64,000 bases of DNA from Octopus sinensis (GCF_006345805.1 NC_043000.1:62992001-63056000), one strand, 5' to 3'; shown: positions 37,531 to 50,709, counted from the first letter of the stretch. Made by a program: numbers and translations. Notes: generated by a model from the letters alone, not told the origin.

Positions 37531-37884
37531 TTGGGAACTTAGTATTTGTCAATTAGTGTTTTGAGTAAGGTAGTTTACAGTTTGGGCTACCTATTGTCAT
37601 CCGTGGTTGCGGTGTATTTCCGTTGGATCTACTTCAGGAATTCCGCAGTGTTAGTTAAGATAATAATAATAATCGATGAATGTAGTAGAAGATGGATTTG
37701 GCATTAGTCTTTATTCAGTACGACGATCGTTTCGACCCCTCCTGCGACTGTCCTTTATGGGTGGGGTGTTGTGCATCCAATTGTGTTGCATCGATCAGTA
37801 CATACATAAAGTGGTGTCCCACTAAATATATTGAGTTCTCGCAGACATGTTGATGTTTGCCCGCTGTACCAGCTCCATTCATTC

Positions 37885-37957
<73 letters not shown>

Positions 37958-37971
37958 CATTATTATTATTC

Positions 37972-38312
37972 AGTACTTTTATTTTTATATCGTGCTTTCA
38001 CTTCACTACCGAGCGCAGCTCTGTGTACCTTGGCTACGTGCTGTGGTTTGTTGGGATGCTCTTATGGTTACTGTATTGAGAGTGTTTTGCGTAGGATGTG
38101 TGCAGTGCCCAGTAGTGCAATTTTCTGTATGTTATATATATTTATAAATCCTGGTGTTTTTGTTATGTATTTGTCTGAATATTTTTATATCATACCTAAT
38201 GCGCCTACTATGATAGGAATTGTTTCTGTTTTTAGATTCCACATTCGAGTTACCTCTATTTCCAGGTCTTTGTATTTTGAAAGTTTCTCTATTTCTTTGA
38301 GAGAAACGTTGT
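37972..38312 (-). mobile_element. 5'-truncated R4/Dong 3' end embedded in (AAT)n
   Basis: KEIEKLSKYKDLEIEVTRMWNLKTETIPIIVGALGMI..IQKIALLGTAHILRKTLSIQ* followed by a UTR. (ATT)n tracts lie on both sides. Confidence 0.9.
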
Positions 38313-38316
38313 CATC

Positions 38317-38371
<55 letters not shown>

Positions 38372-38625
38372 TGGAATTTTTATTAATCATCACAATTGTT
38401 TTGATATGGATGTATAAACGCGAGAGCATTTATACATCCATATCCGTTAACGGTTATATTTAATACTTTTTCACTGTATTATGTGTTCGTTTCTGTTTTG
38501 AATCTGTTAGTTATTATTATTGATCTTCTATATAAATGAATCAATATCCTATAATTTGCTACTTTTGTTTACACGAGCTTTGAAGATACCTGTTATTTTA
38601 ACGAGATATATTTCTTTATCACCAG

Positions 38626-38699
38626 AAGAAACACATCTACACCATCGAATGTTCCTGAACCAGTAGTTAAGTATTGCACTCGTGAGGGATTGATACTAG
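38626..38699 (+). CDS. Weak candidate exon (74 nt) of unknown gene
   Basis: tttctttatcaccag|AAG..CTAG|gtaggt with a single open frame RNTSTPSNVPEPVVKYCTREGLIL. Confidence 0.3.
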
Positions 38700-38821
38700 G
38701 TAGGTCTAAACAATTGTGTTTATCAATAAAATTTCTTGTATTTTCCATCTTCCGTCTGTCTCATTGACCAAGTACACAACGAACAATGTTATATATATAT
38801 GCAGGCGTGCGCGCGCACACA

Positions 38822-38882
<61 letters not shown>

Positions 38883-39463
38883 ACACACACATATATATAC
38901 ACATATACATACATACCTACATGCATACATACATACCTACATGCATACATACATACATACATACATTCATACATACATACATACACACGCACAAATACAT
39001 GCACACACATTTTTTTTTCTATGAATAGCACTTTAACGTCTGAAGCTGTTAAATTTGTTCCAATTTTTAACATTTATACTTTCTAAATCATTCGAAACGA
39101 GATGGAGTCGTCCTGTTAAATTTTTGCAATTGTTTCTAGAATGCTTCATGAAATAGTTTTCTAAATTATCCAAAAGCGTTTTTACTCTCTTGTATAACAA
39201 AGTCTCTACTTAGTTATTCAGTTTGTCTTTTGTATTTGAAAGTCCATTCAGTTTTCTTTTTTTATCTTAAATATTATAAAATGCAATGAATCGGTCAAGT
39301 TGGACGACAGAAACTTAGAAAAACTAACGGAGTGGGAGTGAATGACAGTCAGAGATGCTAAATGCAGGTGGACTGAAATGAGATGTTTTATTCTGAAGTC
39401 GTTGGTATCCTGATCGAAATGAAACTAAATTTCTATCATAAATTATATTTACACACACACACA

Positions 39464-39496
<33 letters not shown>

Positions 39497-39563
39497 CCAC
39501 ACACACACACACATGCACATTCATATATACATATAGATACATGTGAGTGTGTACATATATATG

Positions 39564-39596
<33 letters not shown>

Positions 39597-39683
39597 CTAT
39601 TAATATAGGCTGAAGTTTTTTTTACCGAAAAAAATTTCATCAGTGGCAGCATATTAAAATACCTTTAAAGGTTAAAATTATAA

Positions 39684-39987
39684 ACAACTTATAAACAAGG
39701 GCAAAAGAAAATTATTTCTATGTCAATATGCTGATAACAGACTTTTAAATCGTCAATTTCCACATATTATTATATACCCACTACAGAAATACGTTGTGCT
39801 GAAATCGAGGTAAGCTAGCCAACATAATTTTTTTTTTAAAGTTTGTTATTTCTATATTGAATCAATTTCGGAATTAATCTCGTAGATTTCTGTAGTGGGT
39901 ATATAATATATGTGGAAATTGACGATTTAAAAGTCTGTTATCAGCATATTGGCATAGAAATAATTTTCTTTTCCCTTGTTTATAAGT

Positions 39988-39990
<3 letters not shown>
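39684..39990. repeat. Inverted repeat, ~105-bp arms (39684-39790 / 39886-39990), right arm abutting (TA)n
   Basis: acaacttataaacaaggg..cccactacagaaat pairs with atttctgtagtggg..cccttgtttataagttgt with a few mismatches. Confidence 0.95.
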
Positions 39991-40041
<51 letters not shown>

Positions 40042-40119
40042 ATATATATATATCTATATATAGTATATATATATATATGTATGTATGTATGTATATGTAT
40101 ATGTATATATTGTATGTTA

Positions 40120-40160
<41 letters not shown>

Positions 40161-40194
40161 GTATATATACGTATGTATATATATATAATATAAT

Positions 40195-40228
<34 letters not shown>

Positions 40229-40273
40229 TATATATATAATATATATATATATATATAATATATTATATTATAT

Positions 40274-40320
<47 letters not shown>

Positions 40321-40821
40321 ATAATATATGCTTTCATTGTTCCCTTCTATTCTTTTTTGTCCGTTTTTCCATCCTGGCCCTTTTCGAAACTAACACTTTT
40401 TCTAAGTCAACAGATTCACACTGACGTGTATATTTGTATGAACATGTATAGATATATAATGAATGTGTATGTAATAGCGTATATCGATACATATGAGCAT
40501 GTGTCTGTATGTGCGTTTGTGTATATAGCTGTATGGTAAAAATTTTACTTCCCTAATACATGGTTGTGTGTTCAGTCCCAATTCGTGACACTTTGTGTAC
40601 TTGTTGTCTATTATCGTGCAGTAGCGACCAAATTTTGTTCCAATTGACCAAGCAATAAAAGAAGCCTGTCGTATGTCTATATATATATGTTTGTATGTAT
40701 GTATGTATGTATGTATGTATGTATGTATGTATGTATGTATGTATGTATGTATGTATGTATGTATATGTACGTACATTCATATATGTATGTATATATGTGT
40801 GTGTGTGTGTGCTGTGTGTGT

Positions 40822-40871
<50 letters not shown>

Positions 40872-42128
40872 TACCTTTAATTTTCAGAATTTCTGATCTA
40901 AGCGTCTTAATGTTTTCAGCAATGTAGAATTTACAATGTAATTATTCTTTTTCATTCCAGGTGTCATTATATTAAACATTTGCAAAGAGTAACCATGCCA
41001 CGCACAAAAAAATTCAGCAGAATTGTCAGATTTTCAAATAGGTCGTATTGTTGGCCAATCTGAGGCTGGTCTTAGCAAGCGAAAAATTGCCGAAAATCTT
41101 CAAATTCCTCTTGCTAATGTTAATAGAATTATAGAATAATTCAAAAGCCAAGGGGAAAAAATCAACAGATTCTCGTCCCGGCCGACCTGGGCCCTCGGAA
41201 AGAAAACTTCGCTGTTGAAGAGAATTGTCGAAAATGAACCCCGTTCGAATGCTTCTGACATTGCAAAACAGCTAGAAGTTAGTCCAAGAATGTGTGTAAC
41301 ATATCTGCATAAGCTTGGGTATTATGGACGAGCAGTTAGAAGAAAACGTCTCCTTCAATCAATTAATATCATGAAAAAAAAAAAAGAAGAAATGGGCTAA
41401 GGAAATGTCAGAAAAATCCACTTCATTTTGGGATAGAGTGATTATCTCAGATGAATCCAAATTTGCATTATTTTCAGACATTGGACGTGTTTGGGTCTTG
41501 AGGCTTCCCAATCAAGAATTTGATTTGAAACAACTCCAACCAACTATGAAACATGGCGGTATCTCTGTAATGGTATGGGGAGCTGTCACCAGTAATGGAT
41601 CGTTCTGAGCTGATCGAATGTATTGGAACCATAAACTCTGAAAAATACATCAAAATACTTAAGCAAGGACTACTTCTGATGTATTCACACGTTAGCATAA
41701 CAAAAAATGAGTTTTTATTCATGGGAGATGGGGCTCCATGTCACACAGCGAAAAGGAATCAACAATGGCTGATTGAAAATGGAATCAAGAAGCTTCCTTG
41801 GCCGAGCCAATCTCCTGACATGAACTCAATTGAAAATCTTTGGAGCATACTAGATAGAGCTATACGGAAATCTCCACAGAAACCTAAATCTAAAGATAAA
41901 TTGTTTCGATTATTGCGTGAATAGTGGGCAGAAATTCCACAAGAGACAATCACAAAGCTCATCAGTTCACTGCCAAAAAGAGTTTCTGAATTAAAATCTG
42001 CAAAGGGAATGTCAGCTAAATACTAAAGTATGTAGTCCGACCTATCCATTACATTTCAATTGTTTCGCTTGCGTATTAAATAAAAAGATTTTCAAAATTA
42101 AAGGTGTCTATTACTTCCTGCATGTCTG
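40872..42128 (+). mobile_element. Tc1 (DD34E) transposon; transposase pseudogene at 40995-42026
   Basis: [56 protein letters not shown] has 34 residues from D to E. It has frameshifts. The right TIR ends catgtctg|ta; only the inner left TIR acctttaatttt remains. Confidence 0.9.
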
Positions 42129-42244
42129 TATATATATATAATATATATATATATATAATATACTGTATTTATAGAGCAGCAGAAAATTCCCAAAACCTGT
42201 TACTCTGAGTTTCCCGTTGCCGTTCATCGGACAGTTATATATAT

Positions 42245-42300
<56 letters not shown>

Positions 42301-42334
42301 ATTATATGTATGTATGTATGTATGTATGTATGAT

Positions 42335-42493
42335 GCATTCTCCTGTCAATTTCAGAAAATGACCGAAAAACGTTTATAAAGAGAGTTGTTACGTCATACT
42401 CCTTGTGTGCCGATGCTGCCCCTAAGAAAGGAACAAATAATACAATGTGGCTGTAGGCTATAACAGCCGGGCAACGCAGGGCTGCATCACTAG
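42335..42493 (+). mobile_element. Probable Helitron 3' terminus
   Basis: ccgggcaacgcagggctgcatcaCTAG|t is a degenerate subterminal hairpin followed by CTAG. Confidence 0.45.
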
Positions 42494-42563
42494 TATATGT
42501 TGTGTGGGGTGTGTTTGTGGTTTATTAATACTGATAGTCGCTTTAGAATACATATATATATAT

Positions 42564-42599
<36 letters not shown>

Positions 42600-42611
<12 letters not shown>

Positions 42612-43468
42612 ATAAAACTGAAATGCGAAAAGTTTGTTTGTTTGTTTGTCTGGAACGGTTTAAAGGCCACTAGATCCCGTCGTTGCTAGGGCCCAAAACG
42701 CACTTTGACATGTCGACTCTCAGTCTTTTATGTATCTGTCTTCCTCTCTCACTTACTACCTTTCCTCCCTTCCCATCACTTTCTATATATAACGTCGATA
42801 ACGGCGTCTAACAGCGCTTTCACACACACTCACTCTCTCTCTCTCTCTCTCTCTACGTCTGTCTGCATTCATAGAGAGTTTTATCATCGCCACCACCACC
42901 ACACAATCATGAGAACAAATATTATGAATCAGATATTTATTGCGTTCATTTATATATGTGTGTGTGTGTTCTATATATAAATATGTATATATAATGTATA
43001 TATACAAAGTGTATATATCTGTATTTATGTATATTAAACTTTTTAATACTTTTTGATAGTTATATATATTTTTTTTTAATTATAAATATAAATTAATAAT
43101 TTAAATTTTTAATTTAAATAATTTAAATTTTTAAATTTTATATTTTATATATTTTGTACATTATATTTCTATTTTTATGTTTTGGGTTATGTTTTCACTG
43201 TTTCATTTGCCTAATAGTGGTTTTATCTCTAATTTAATTTATATATATATATATCATTTGTATACATTTGTATATATAATGCGCACACACACACACCACA
43301 CACACCAACATATATATATTATATATATATATATATAATGCGTATATATATATATATATATATAATGCGTATATATATAATATATATATATAATGCGTAT
43401 ATATATATATATATAATGCGTATATATATATATATATATATATATGCGAGTATATATATTTATATTTT

Positions 43469-43513
<45 letters not shown>

Positions 43514-44247
43514 TAATGTGTGCATTATGTGGTCGGTTGTGCTGAAAATATGCACACCATGTTAAAAGTGCTGGCGAGTTTGCATGGCAACTATTTTTTT
43601 CCTCAAATGAAAGGCGTGACCTCTTGGACAAAATTCCTCATCTTATAAAATGTGGCCCGAGTAGACCCGAATGAAATCGGGTTATATTAATCAAAATGTG
43701 AAAAGGGGTCTAAATGGGACTGGAAGGTGATTAAAATTTACAGGAGCGAGTGTTTAGGAATTCTCTGTTACATCAAGCTAAAAAATTTGCGCTAGCCTTT
43801 AAATCGTTAATGTGTTGCCGTCCATGATGAAGAACTTTTGAATGCTTGCCATGGTGAGTCTACTGTCGTGAGAAAGAATCACTTAAAAACTTGGTGTTTA
43901 GGAATTTTCTTTTACAACAAGTTCAAAATTTTACGCCAGCCGTTAAACTGCCACTGCGTTGCTGTCCGTTGCTGTCCGTTGTCACTGCCTGATATTTATG
44001 ATTGATCTTTCAAAATATTTTACTTTCTCAACTTACTCAAGATCTTTTGTTGTTTATAAATGGGAGAGAGATTGAGAAAGATAGAGAGTAAGAGAAAGCG
44101 AGGGAGAGTCCGAGAGAAAGGAAGAGTAAGAGAGTGGGAAAGTGAGAGACAAAGGAGAGAGAAACAAAGAGGGAGAATGTGGTGATAAAAAACAGAAAGT
44201 AAGAACCACACTCTTACCCGCGCGTAGAGCGGGTCACCTTAAGCTAG
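42600..44247 (+). mobile_element. Probable non-autonomous Helitron
   Basis: 5' tatataaaactgaaatg..(tttg)n resembles invertebrate Helitron starts. The 3' end is acccgc-gcgtaga-gcgggt + caccttaag + CTAG|t. That both ends belong to one element is inferred. Confidence 0.55.
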
Positions 44248-44271
44248 TATATAATATATATATATATAATG

Positions 44272-44635
44272 TATTCTCCCGTCAGTTTCAACGTATTTGT
44301 GAGTTTCTCGCCATAAACAACATCGTACTGCTTCTGCACCCTGCCTATTCGCTAGATTTAGCACCTGCGGACTGCCATCTCCTCCCCAATATGAAAATGC
44401 AGCTCTAAGGTCGCTGTTTTAACATCAGTGTCGAGATCCAGAGCGAACCGCAAAAGGTCCACGGCTCGCTTACGAGAGACGACCTCCAGGGCGGATTCCA
44501 AAAAGTTGCAGGAACGCTGCGACCAGTGTATCGCTGCAAAAAAGGTGACTATTTCGTAGAAGATGATGTTAAAACTTACGTAAATAAGTTTTTTTTTTAA
44601 ATATAACTAGTCCGGGAACTTTTTGGGTCCATCAC

Positions 44636-44636
<1 letters not shown>
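44272..44636 (+). mobile_element. Mariner transposase 3' fragment with right TIR
   Basis: LLHPAYSLDLAPADCHLLPNMK..CDQCIAAK.GDYF; ends ccgggaactttttgggtccatcacg|ta. Confidence 0.8.
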
Positions 44637-44677
<41 letters not shown>

Positions 44678-45120
44678 GGCTCTCCCGTCGTTAGATGACG
44701 TATGAGGGTTCGACAATTTCTTACCTAACAACTACACAGATGATTTGTTTATAGTGATCAATTGTTTGTGTAGACATAAGCTCACTCCTACCATCAAATC
44801 GACATTACCTGTACAGGTGCAACTGGGTGCTACATGTCAGATACGCCTATATGTATGTATATATATATGTATATATATTCATGCGTACAGACATCCATCC
44901 ATACATGCAAACATACATATATAAATACTCACACACACATACATACATTTCTGACATCTGCCGTGTGGCACACTGTGCACCTGTTCAGGTAATGCTTATT
45001 TGAAAGAAGGTGTCATCTAGCGTACAGCACAAATATTTGATCGCTATAAACAAATCATCTGTGCAGGTTGCTCAGCAAGAAGTTGCGGAACCCTCATCTG
45101 TCGTCTACGATAAGGGAATC
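44678..45120. repeat. Two diverged ~165-bp inverted copies of one repeat around a microsatellite spacer
   Basis: The reverse complement of 44678-44842 aligns with 44950-45120 (tctgacat..cctgt.caggtaatg..ctataaacaaatcatctgtg..aaccctcat.cgtc). Confidence 0.7.
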
Positions 45121-45143
45121 TACCATATATAAATATGCATACA

Positions 45144-45457
<314 letters not shown>

Positions 45458-45501
45458 CATTTCTCCACGTGCGGTCAACACAACCCCACCATTTATTGAT
45501 C

Positions 45502-45550
<49 letters not shown>

Positions 45551-45595
45551 ATATATATATATATATAATATATGTTGTGTGTGTGTGTGTGTGTG

Positions 45596-45645
<50 letters not shown>

Positions 45646-45734
45646 TACATATATATATATATATATATACACGCATAATATATACACGCATAAATATATA
45701 TATGTATATATATACATATACATACATATATATA

Positions 45735-46120
45735 TAACCTTTTATTCTTTTATTTGTTTCAGACATCTGACTGCGGCCATGCTGGAGAACCTCCTTTAGT
45801 AGGACAAATCGACTTCAGGACTTATTCTTTGTAAGCCTAATACTTATTCTGTCGGCCACTTTTGCCGAACCGTTAAGTTACAGGGACGTAAACACACCAA
45901 CATCGGTTGTCAAGCGATGGTGAGGAGACAAACACAGACACACAAACGTATACTTACATATACACATATACGACGGCCTTCTTTCAGTTTCCGTCTACCA
46001 AATCCACTCACAAGTCTTTGGTCGGCCCGAGGCTATTGTAGAAGACACCTGCCCGAGGTGCCACGCAGTGGGACTGAACCCGGAACCATGTTGTTGGAAA
46101 GCAAGCTTCTTACCACACAG
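45735..46120 (-). mobile_element. Near full-length SINE-B
   Basis: Collinear with 15338-15776. Confidence 0.85.
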
Positions 46121-46163
46121 CTAAGAATGTATGTATGTATGTATTTATACAGAAACTCTAAGT

Positions 46164-46408
46164 GAAGGTGCTTAATTGTTCAGCTCACGATCGTTAGGTC
46201 GTCAGTTCGATTCCCGGCGGTACGTTGTGTTCTTAAGCAAGACACTTTATTTCACGTTGCTCCAAACCACTCAGCTTGCAAAAATGAGTTGTACCTATAA
46301 TTTCAAGGGCCAGCTTTGTCACACTCTTTCTCATGCTCAGTCTCACTCAGAACTACGTTAAAGGTACACGTGTCTGTGGAGCGCTCAGCCACTTGCAACT
46401 GGAATCCT
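46164..46408 (+). mobile_element. SINE-C copy with head deletion
   Basis: Aligns with 6613-6860. Confidence 0.8.
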
Positions 46409-46609
46409 CAAAGGGGAAAGTAACGGATCGCCTGTGCCTGTACAGAAGCTTTGATACATAATAAAGTATCGTATCCATTCACACACGTACATAGACCTGC
46501 ACATGCTCTCATATATACGTTCCGTCAATTTATGTATATTCATTGCTTTAAGTAAATGCTTTGTCTTGTAGGTGTTGTTCTCAGTATCATTTTCACCCCT
46601 GTTGTTGTT

Positions 46610-46697
46610 GCTTCTTCTTCTTCTTCTTCTTCTTCTTCTTCTTCTTCTTCTTCTTCTTCTTCTTCTTCTTCTTCTTCTTCTTCTTCTTCTTCTTCTC
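46610..46697. repeat. (CTT)n microsatellite; a mirror-type (GAA)n tract lies at 47617-47715
   Basis: Seen directly. Confidence 0.95.
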
Positions 46698-46974
46698 CCA
46701 ATCAGGACTCACGCCATTAACCACAAAGAATAATCTCTAATTCGATCCTACTCTTTGCTACTAAGAATGCGTGTGGCAACTTGAAGATCCAGCCACCACA
46801 CGCGATAGACTGGCGGTTGCACGGGCGCGAAAGCTACGTTGTTATCCTCATTCCGTAAACGATGGCTTTTAACGGGTGGAGAGCTGAAGCATCCTGTGGT
46901 ACAGAGGATTCGTAATCTAGACTAGGGTCTGAAAGTTTACCACACCATAGTGGGTTACACCATGGTTCTTCTTC

Positions 46975-47178
46975 TGCTTTGTGGCAAAAGTAGGAAGAAA
47001 GAGTGAGAGAAAGTTGTGGTGAAAGAGTTCAGCGGGGTTTACCACCCCTCCCCGCCGGAGCCTCGTGGAGCTTAGGTGTTTTTGCTCAATAAACACTTAC
47101 AATGCCCGATCTGGGAATCGAAACCGCGTTCTTACGACCGCGAGTCCGCTGCCCTAACCACTGGGCCATTGCACCTCC
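46975..47178 (-). mobile_element. tRNA-derived SINE family G
   Basis: Head ggaggtgcaatggcccagtggttagggcagcggactcgcggtcgtaag..gtttcgattcccagatcgggc followed by a non-tRNA body. Confidence 0.75.
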
Positions 47179-48200
47179 AGTGTTGTTGTTGTTGCTGCTG
47201 CTGTTGTTGTTGTTGTTGAAGTGGTTACTGCTAGATTTGTTGCTGCTACCCTTGTTAGGTGTTGCGTCTCTACTGCTATTGCTAACGTCGTAGTAGTTGC
47301 TAACATGATTCAAAGGGTAACTGTCAATCACCTATATTTTTTACTCTCTTAGTGCAGTAAATCACCCCAGTCCCATCTTTCCCTCTCTCTCTCTTTTTTT
47401 TTTTTTAGATTTTCATTTTACTCGGATCCCAACTTATCCTTATCCTTACCCTCTTGTACTCAAGATAACGCTTACTTTGCAATCTGCCTTCAGTCGTAGA
47501 AGCACCGATGTCACATTTCACGGTGAGTTTAGGACATCCTAAAAACGTCTGAGTGGATCATTCTTCAACAGGTCAGATCAGAGCCGAATTTTTCCTGAGA
47601 CAGTGGTGGGAGGGAAGAAGAAGAAGAAGAAGAAGAAGAAGAAGAAGAAGAAGAAGAAGAAGAAGAAGAAGAAGAAGAAGAAGAAGAAGAAGAAGAAGAA
47701 GAAGAAGAAGAAGAAATCGCCTTCAGTCATGAACTGATACATTACTTGTCAACAACCTCACTCATCGCCCTCCCCCCACCCACCCCACACACGAAAAGAT
47801 GGAAAAACTTGACTTCGGCAAGATTTGAACTCAGAGCGCAGACACCTGTAATAAAACTTACAAGACATTTTAAAACAAACATGACAGGATTATTCACGAA
47901 AAATACGCTTTTCTGTTTCCGTGTTCACACAAGGCTTTGTTGGATTATATTTTGATATATATTAACCCCCATACCTGTCACTAGATCTGCAGGAATAGTA
48001 ACCGAATAAAAATTTAAAAAAGACATCCGTTGACCAATGTTGTTTTCGATATGCAAAAAGACAGGATGGTCACCGCTGAAATTCATCTGATCAATAGGAT
48101 AACGACGGTGATGACGAAAAAAAAATAGATGGAGACAAAGCGGAAACCTTACACAGTCACTTCCGCTGCAAGAAAAAGCATCCAAATCTCTCTCAAATTA

Positions 48201-49481
48201 CGAGGGGCGTTCAATAAGTAATGCCTCTGACCCACGTGCCTTTGTTTGATTTAGCTGAAATTTTGCATGTGCAATTATTTATATCTCTATAGATTAAGTG
48301 GCAATTACAGCTCCGAAATAATTGTGGTTTCTGATTTACAGGTTTTGAAATGAGTCAAGTGGGAAATGGAGCATGTTGAGTGTCGAGCAGTGATCCGTTT
48401 TTGTATTTGAAATGACGCACACCACAGAAACTTTTAATGAAATGAAAGTAACTTATGGTGATGATGCCCCATCATATGACCTTGTAAAACGCTGGCATCG
48501 TGAATTCAAACATGGTCAGAACTCTGTGGAAACAGCTCCCAGATCTGGTCGCACCCCTTCTGCCATTGATGAGGCATCTGTCCGTCAAGTTGAGGCTGCC
48601 ATTTTGGAAGATCGACGCATAACTATTCGCCAAATAGCCCATGAGGTCAAGATTAGTACCGGGTCTGTGGAAACTATCATTCATGACCATTTGCATATAC
48701 AAAAGGTGTCTGCCAGATGGATTTCCAGGTTGCTCACACTTTTCCAGAAGCAAGAACGCAAGAATTCCAGAAGCAAGAATTTAGGGATGTGCCAAGAAGA
48801 TGAGTCAAAATTTTTCAAAAGACTGATTACACAGGATGAGACCTGGGTCCATCACTATGATCCAAAGCCCAGTCAATGCAGTGGAAGCACCATGACTCAC
48901 CTCCTCCAAAGAAGGCAAGGGTGCAGCCCTCCGCTGGCAAGGTCATGCTCACAGTCTTCTGGGACCAGGACGGAATAGTGATGACAGATTTACTGGCAAA
49001 GGGTACCACAATTACAGGAGCCTATCATGTTTCACTTTTGAGGAAATTAAGAGAAGCTATCGAAACCAAGAGGTGGGGCAATATCAGCAAAGGCATCCTC
49101 CTCCTGCAGGACAACGCTCCGGTCCACAACTCGCGTGTCGCCAGATCAGAAGCACAGGCGTGCGGCTATGAACTCTTCCTCCATCCCCCTACTCTCCTGA
49201 CCTTGCACCCTCTGATTTTCACCTCTTCCCAGCCATGAAGTTGTTTTTGAAAGGAAAGCGTTTCCCAGATGATGCAGCTTTGATTTCTGAAGTCACGTCG
49301 TGGTTGGAGGACCAAGCTGGGGTCTTCTACGAAAACGGTCTCCAGAACTGCATCAAACAATGGGAGAAATGCATACCTCTGGGTTGTTCCTATGTAGAAA
49401 AAGACTAATACCTGTGCCAAGTTTCGTTGTTCTACTGCTATGGGAAGTGGGTCAGGGGCATTACTTATTGAACGCCCCTCG
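48201..49481 (+). mobile_element. Full-length mariner (DD34D, irritans/Hsmar2-like ends), transposase frameshifted
   Basis: 34-bp TIRs cgaggggcgttcaataagtaatgcc(t/c)ctgaccca with one mismatch and TA flanks. Motifs: LITQDETWVHHY, LLQDNAPVH, YSPDLAPSD (34-residue spacing). Confidence 0.95.
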
Positions 49482-49686
49482 TACATTCAAAAGTCTTAAA
49501 AATGGAAAACTTTATTGATGGACATTCGATACATTATATTTAGTAAAAAAAAAATGGAACATCTATGACCATTGGACTGCTCCTGTATGCATGCGAGCGC
49601 GTATCGTGCATTTTTAAATGTGCAATGCGTATGCGGGCCAGTGACGTTATTGACAATATAAATGTATTGACAATATAAATATACTT

Positions 49687-49810
49687 ATTCCGCCGAGGTC
49701 GACTCTGCTTTTCGTCCTTTCGGGATCGATAAATTAAGTACCAGTGAAACACTGGGGTCGATATAATCGACTAGCCCCCCTCCCACAAAATTTCAGGCCT
49801 TGTGCCTTTA
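49687..49810 (+). mobile_element. 5'-truncated SINE-A; partial copies also at 4761-4870, ~47770-47860 and 55255-55410
   Basis: Body and tail align to family A. Confidence 0.75.
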
Positions 49811-50709
49811 AACCCTCAGAAATTTGCAAATTTGTGTCAATATTTCATTGTCACAGAGTTTAACACTAAATTTACGTTGTATCTACCCTGTATTTAGTTT
49901 CTCGGTCATTTTAGCTAACTTGCATTGTCCTTAAGTCATTGTCCTTAAGAAGAAACAGGTTTTTGCTTTTCTCGTAAACCTGAAACGTGGCTACTGTGCC
50001 TATGACGTTCATATAATAAAATATGGGACAGGAAGAGCAAATTGACCATGCACAATGTTAGTGCACCCAAATATTATTTACAAAAGATGCAGCAGTTTTC
50101 ATGCAAGAAGCTTTTTTTTCTTTCTTCTCTAAAGCTTACATATCATGTACTAGCAGAAATATCCGGCATTGCTCGGAATTAAAACAGCATAGTTTGTATA
50201 TATATTACAGTTATATTGAAGCAGGTGATGTGGGAAAGTGCAGCATTAGCGACAAAACATTTGTGGCGTAAATGATGAGCTAATTCAACTAAGCTACATG
50301 TCATGCGTCCGTCTGGAGTATTCCAGGCCCTAACCTTTCGAAAAATTGGGGGTGGGGTATATGTGATTTTTGAACCCACTGAAAAGCTGTCAGTGGATAT
50401 ACTCTCCTTTGCGGCGGTCGGCGCTGCGTGTAACACGACCCATTGTATGGTTGACAGTTGAATGAATGTAGGTATAATGGAGATATTGTACGTAAATGTG
50501 TACATTCCAGAAAGGGGCTGCAAAGGGAGACGGCAACGGGGAAATAACCTGTTGAAATGTTGCAGAAGGCGAAGGGTTGACATTGGATTGCTGGTGTAGC
50601 TGTAGAACAAGAAACATAAACTGAGCCTACGTTGTCACATGAGAAAATGTAGCAATGAATTACTTGAAAAAATAAGGCGTAATGGCTTACCGTGTGGTTG
50701 GTGGAAGTA

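Noticed and set aside
47105-47178. tRNA genes at the SINE-C and SINE-G heads (also 6613-6680)
   Set aside because: They keep A/B-box-like motifs but have no clean cloverleaf and continue into SINE bodies.
49940-49990. Hammerhead-like caggttt..aaacctGAAACGT
   Set aside because: No acceptable CUGANGA or stem I.
50179-50610. 143-aa minus-strand ORF
   Set aside because: No recognisable domain, and continuity with the Helitron fragment across the mariner could not be shown.
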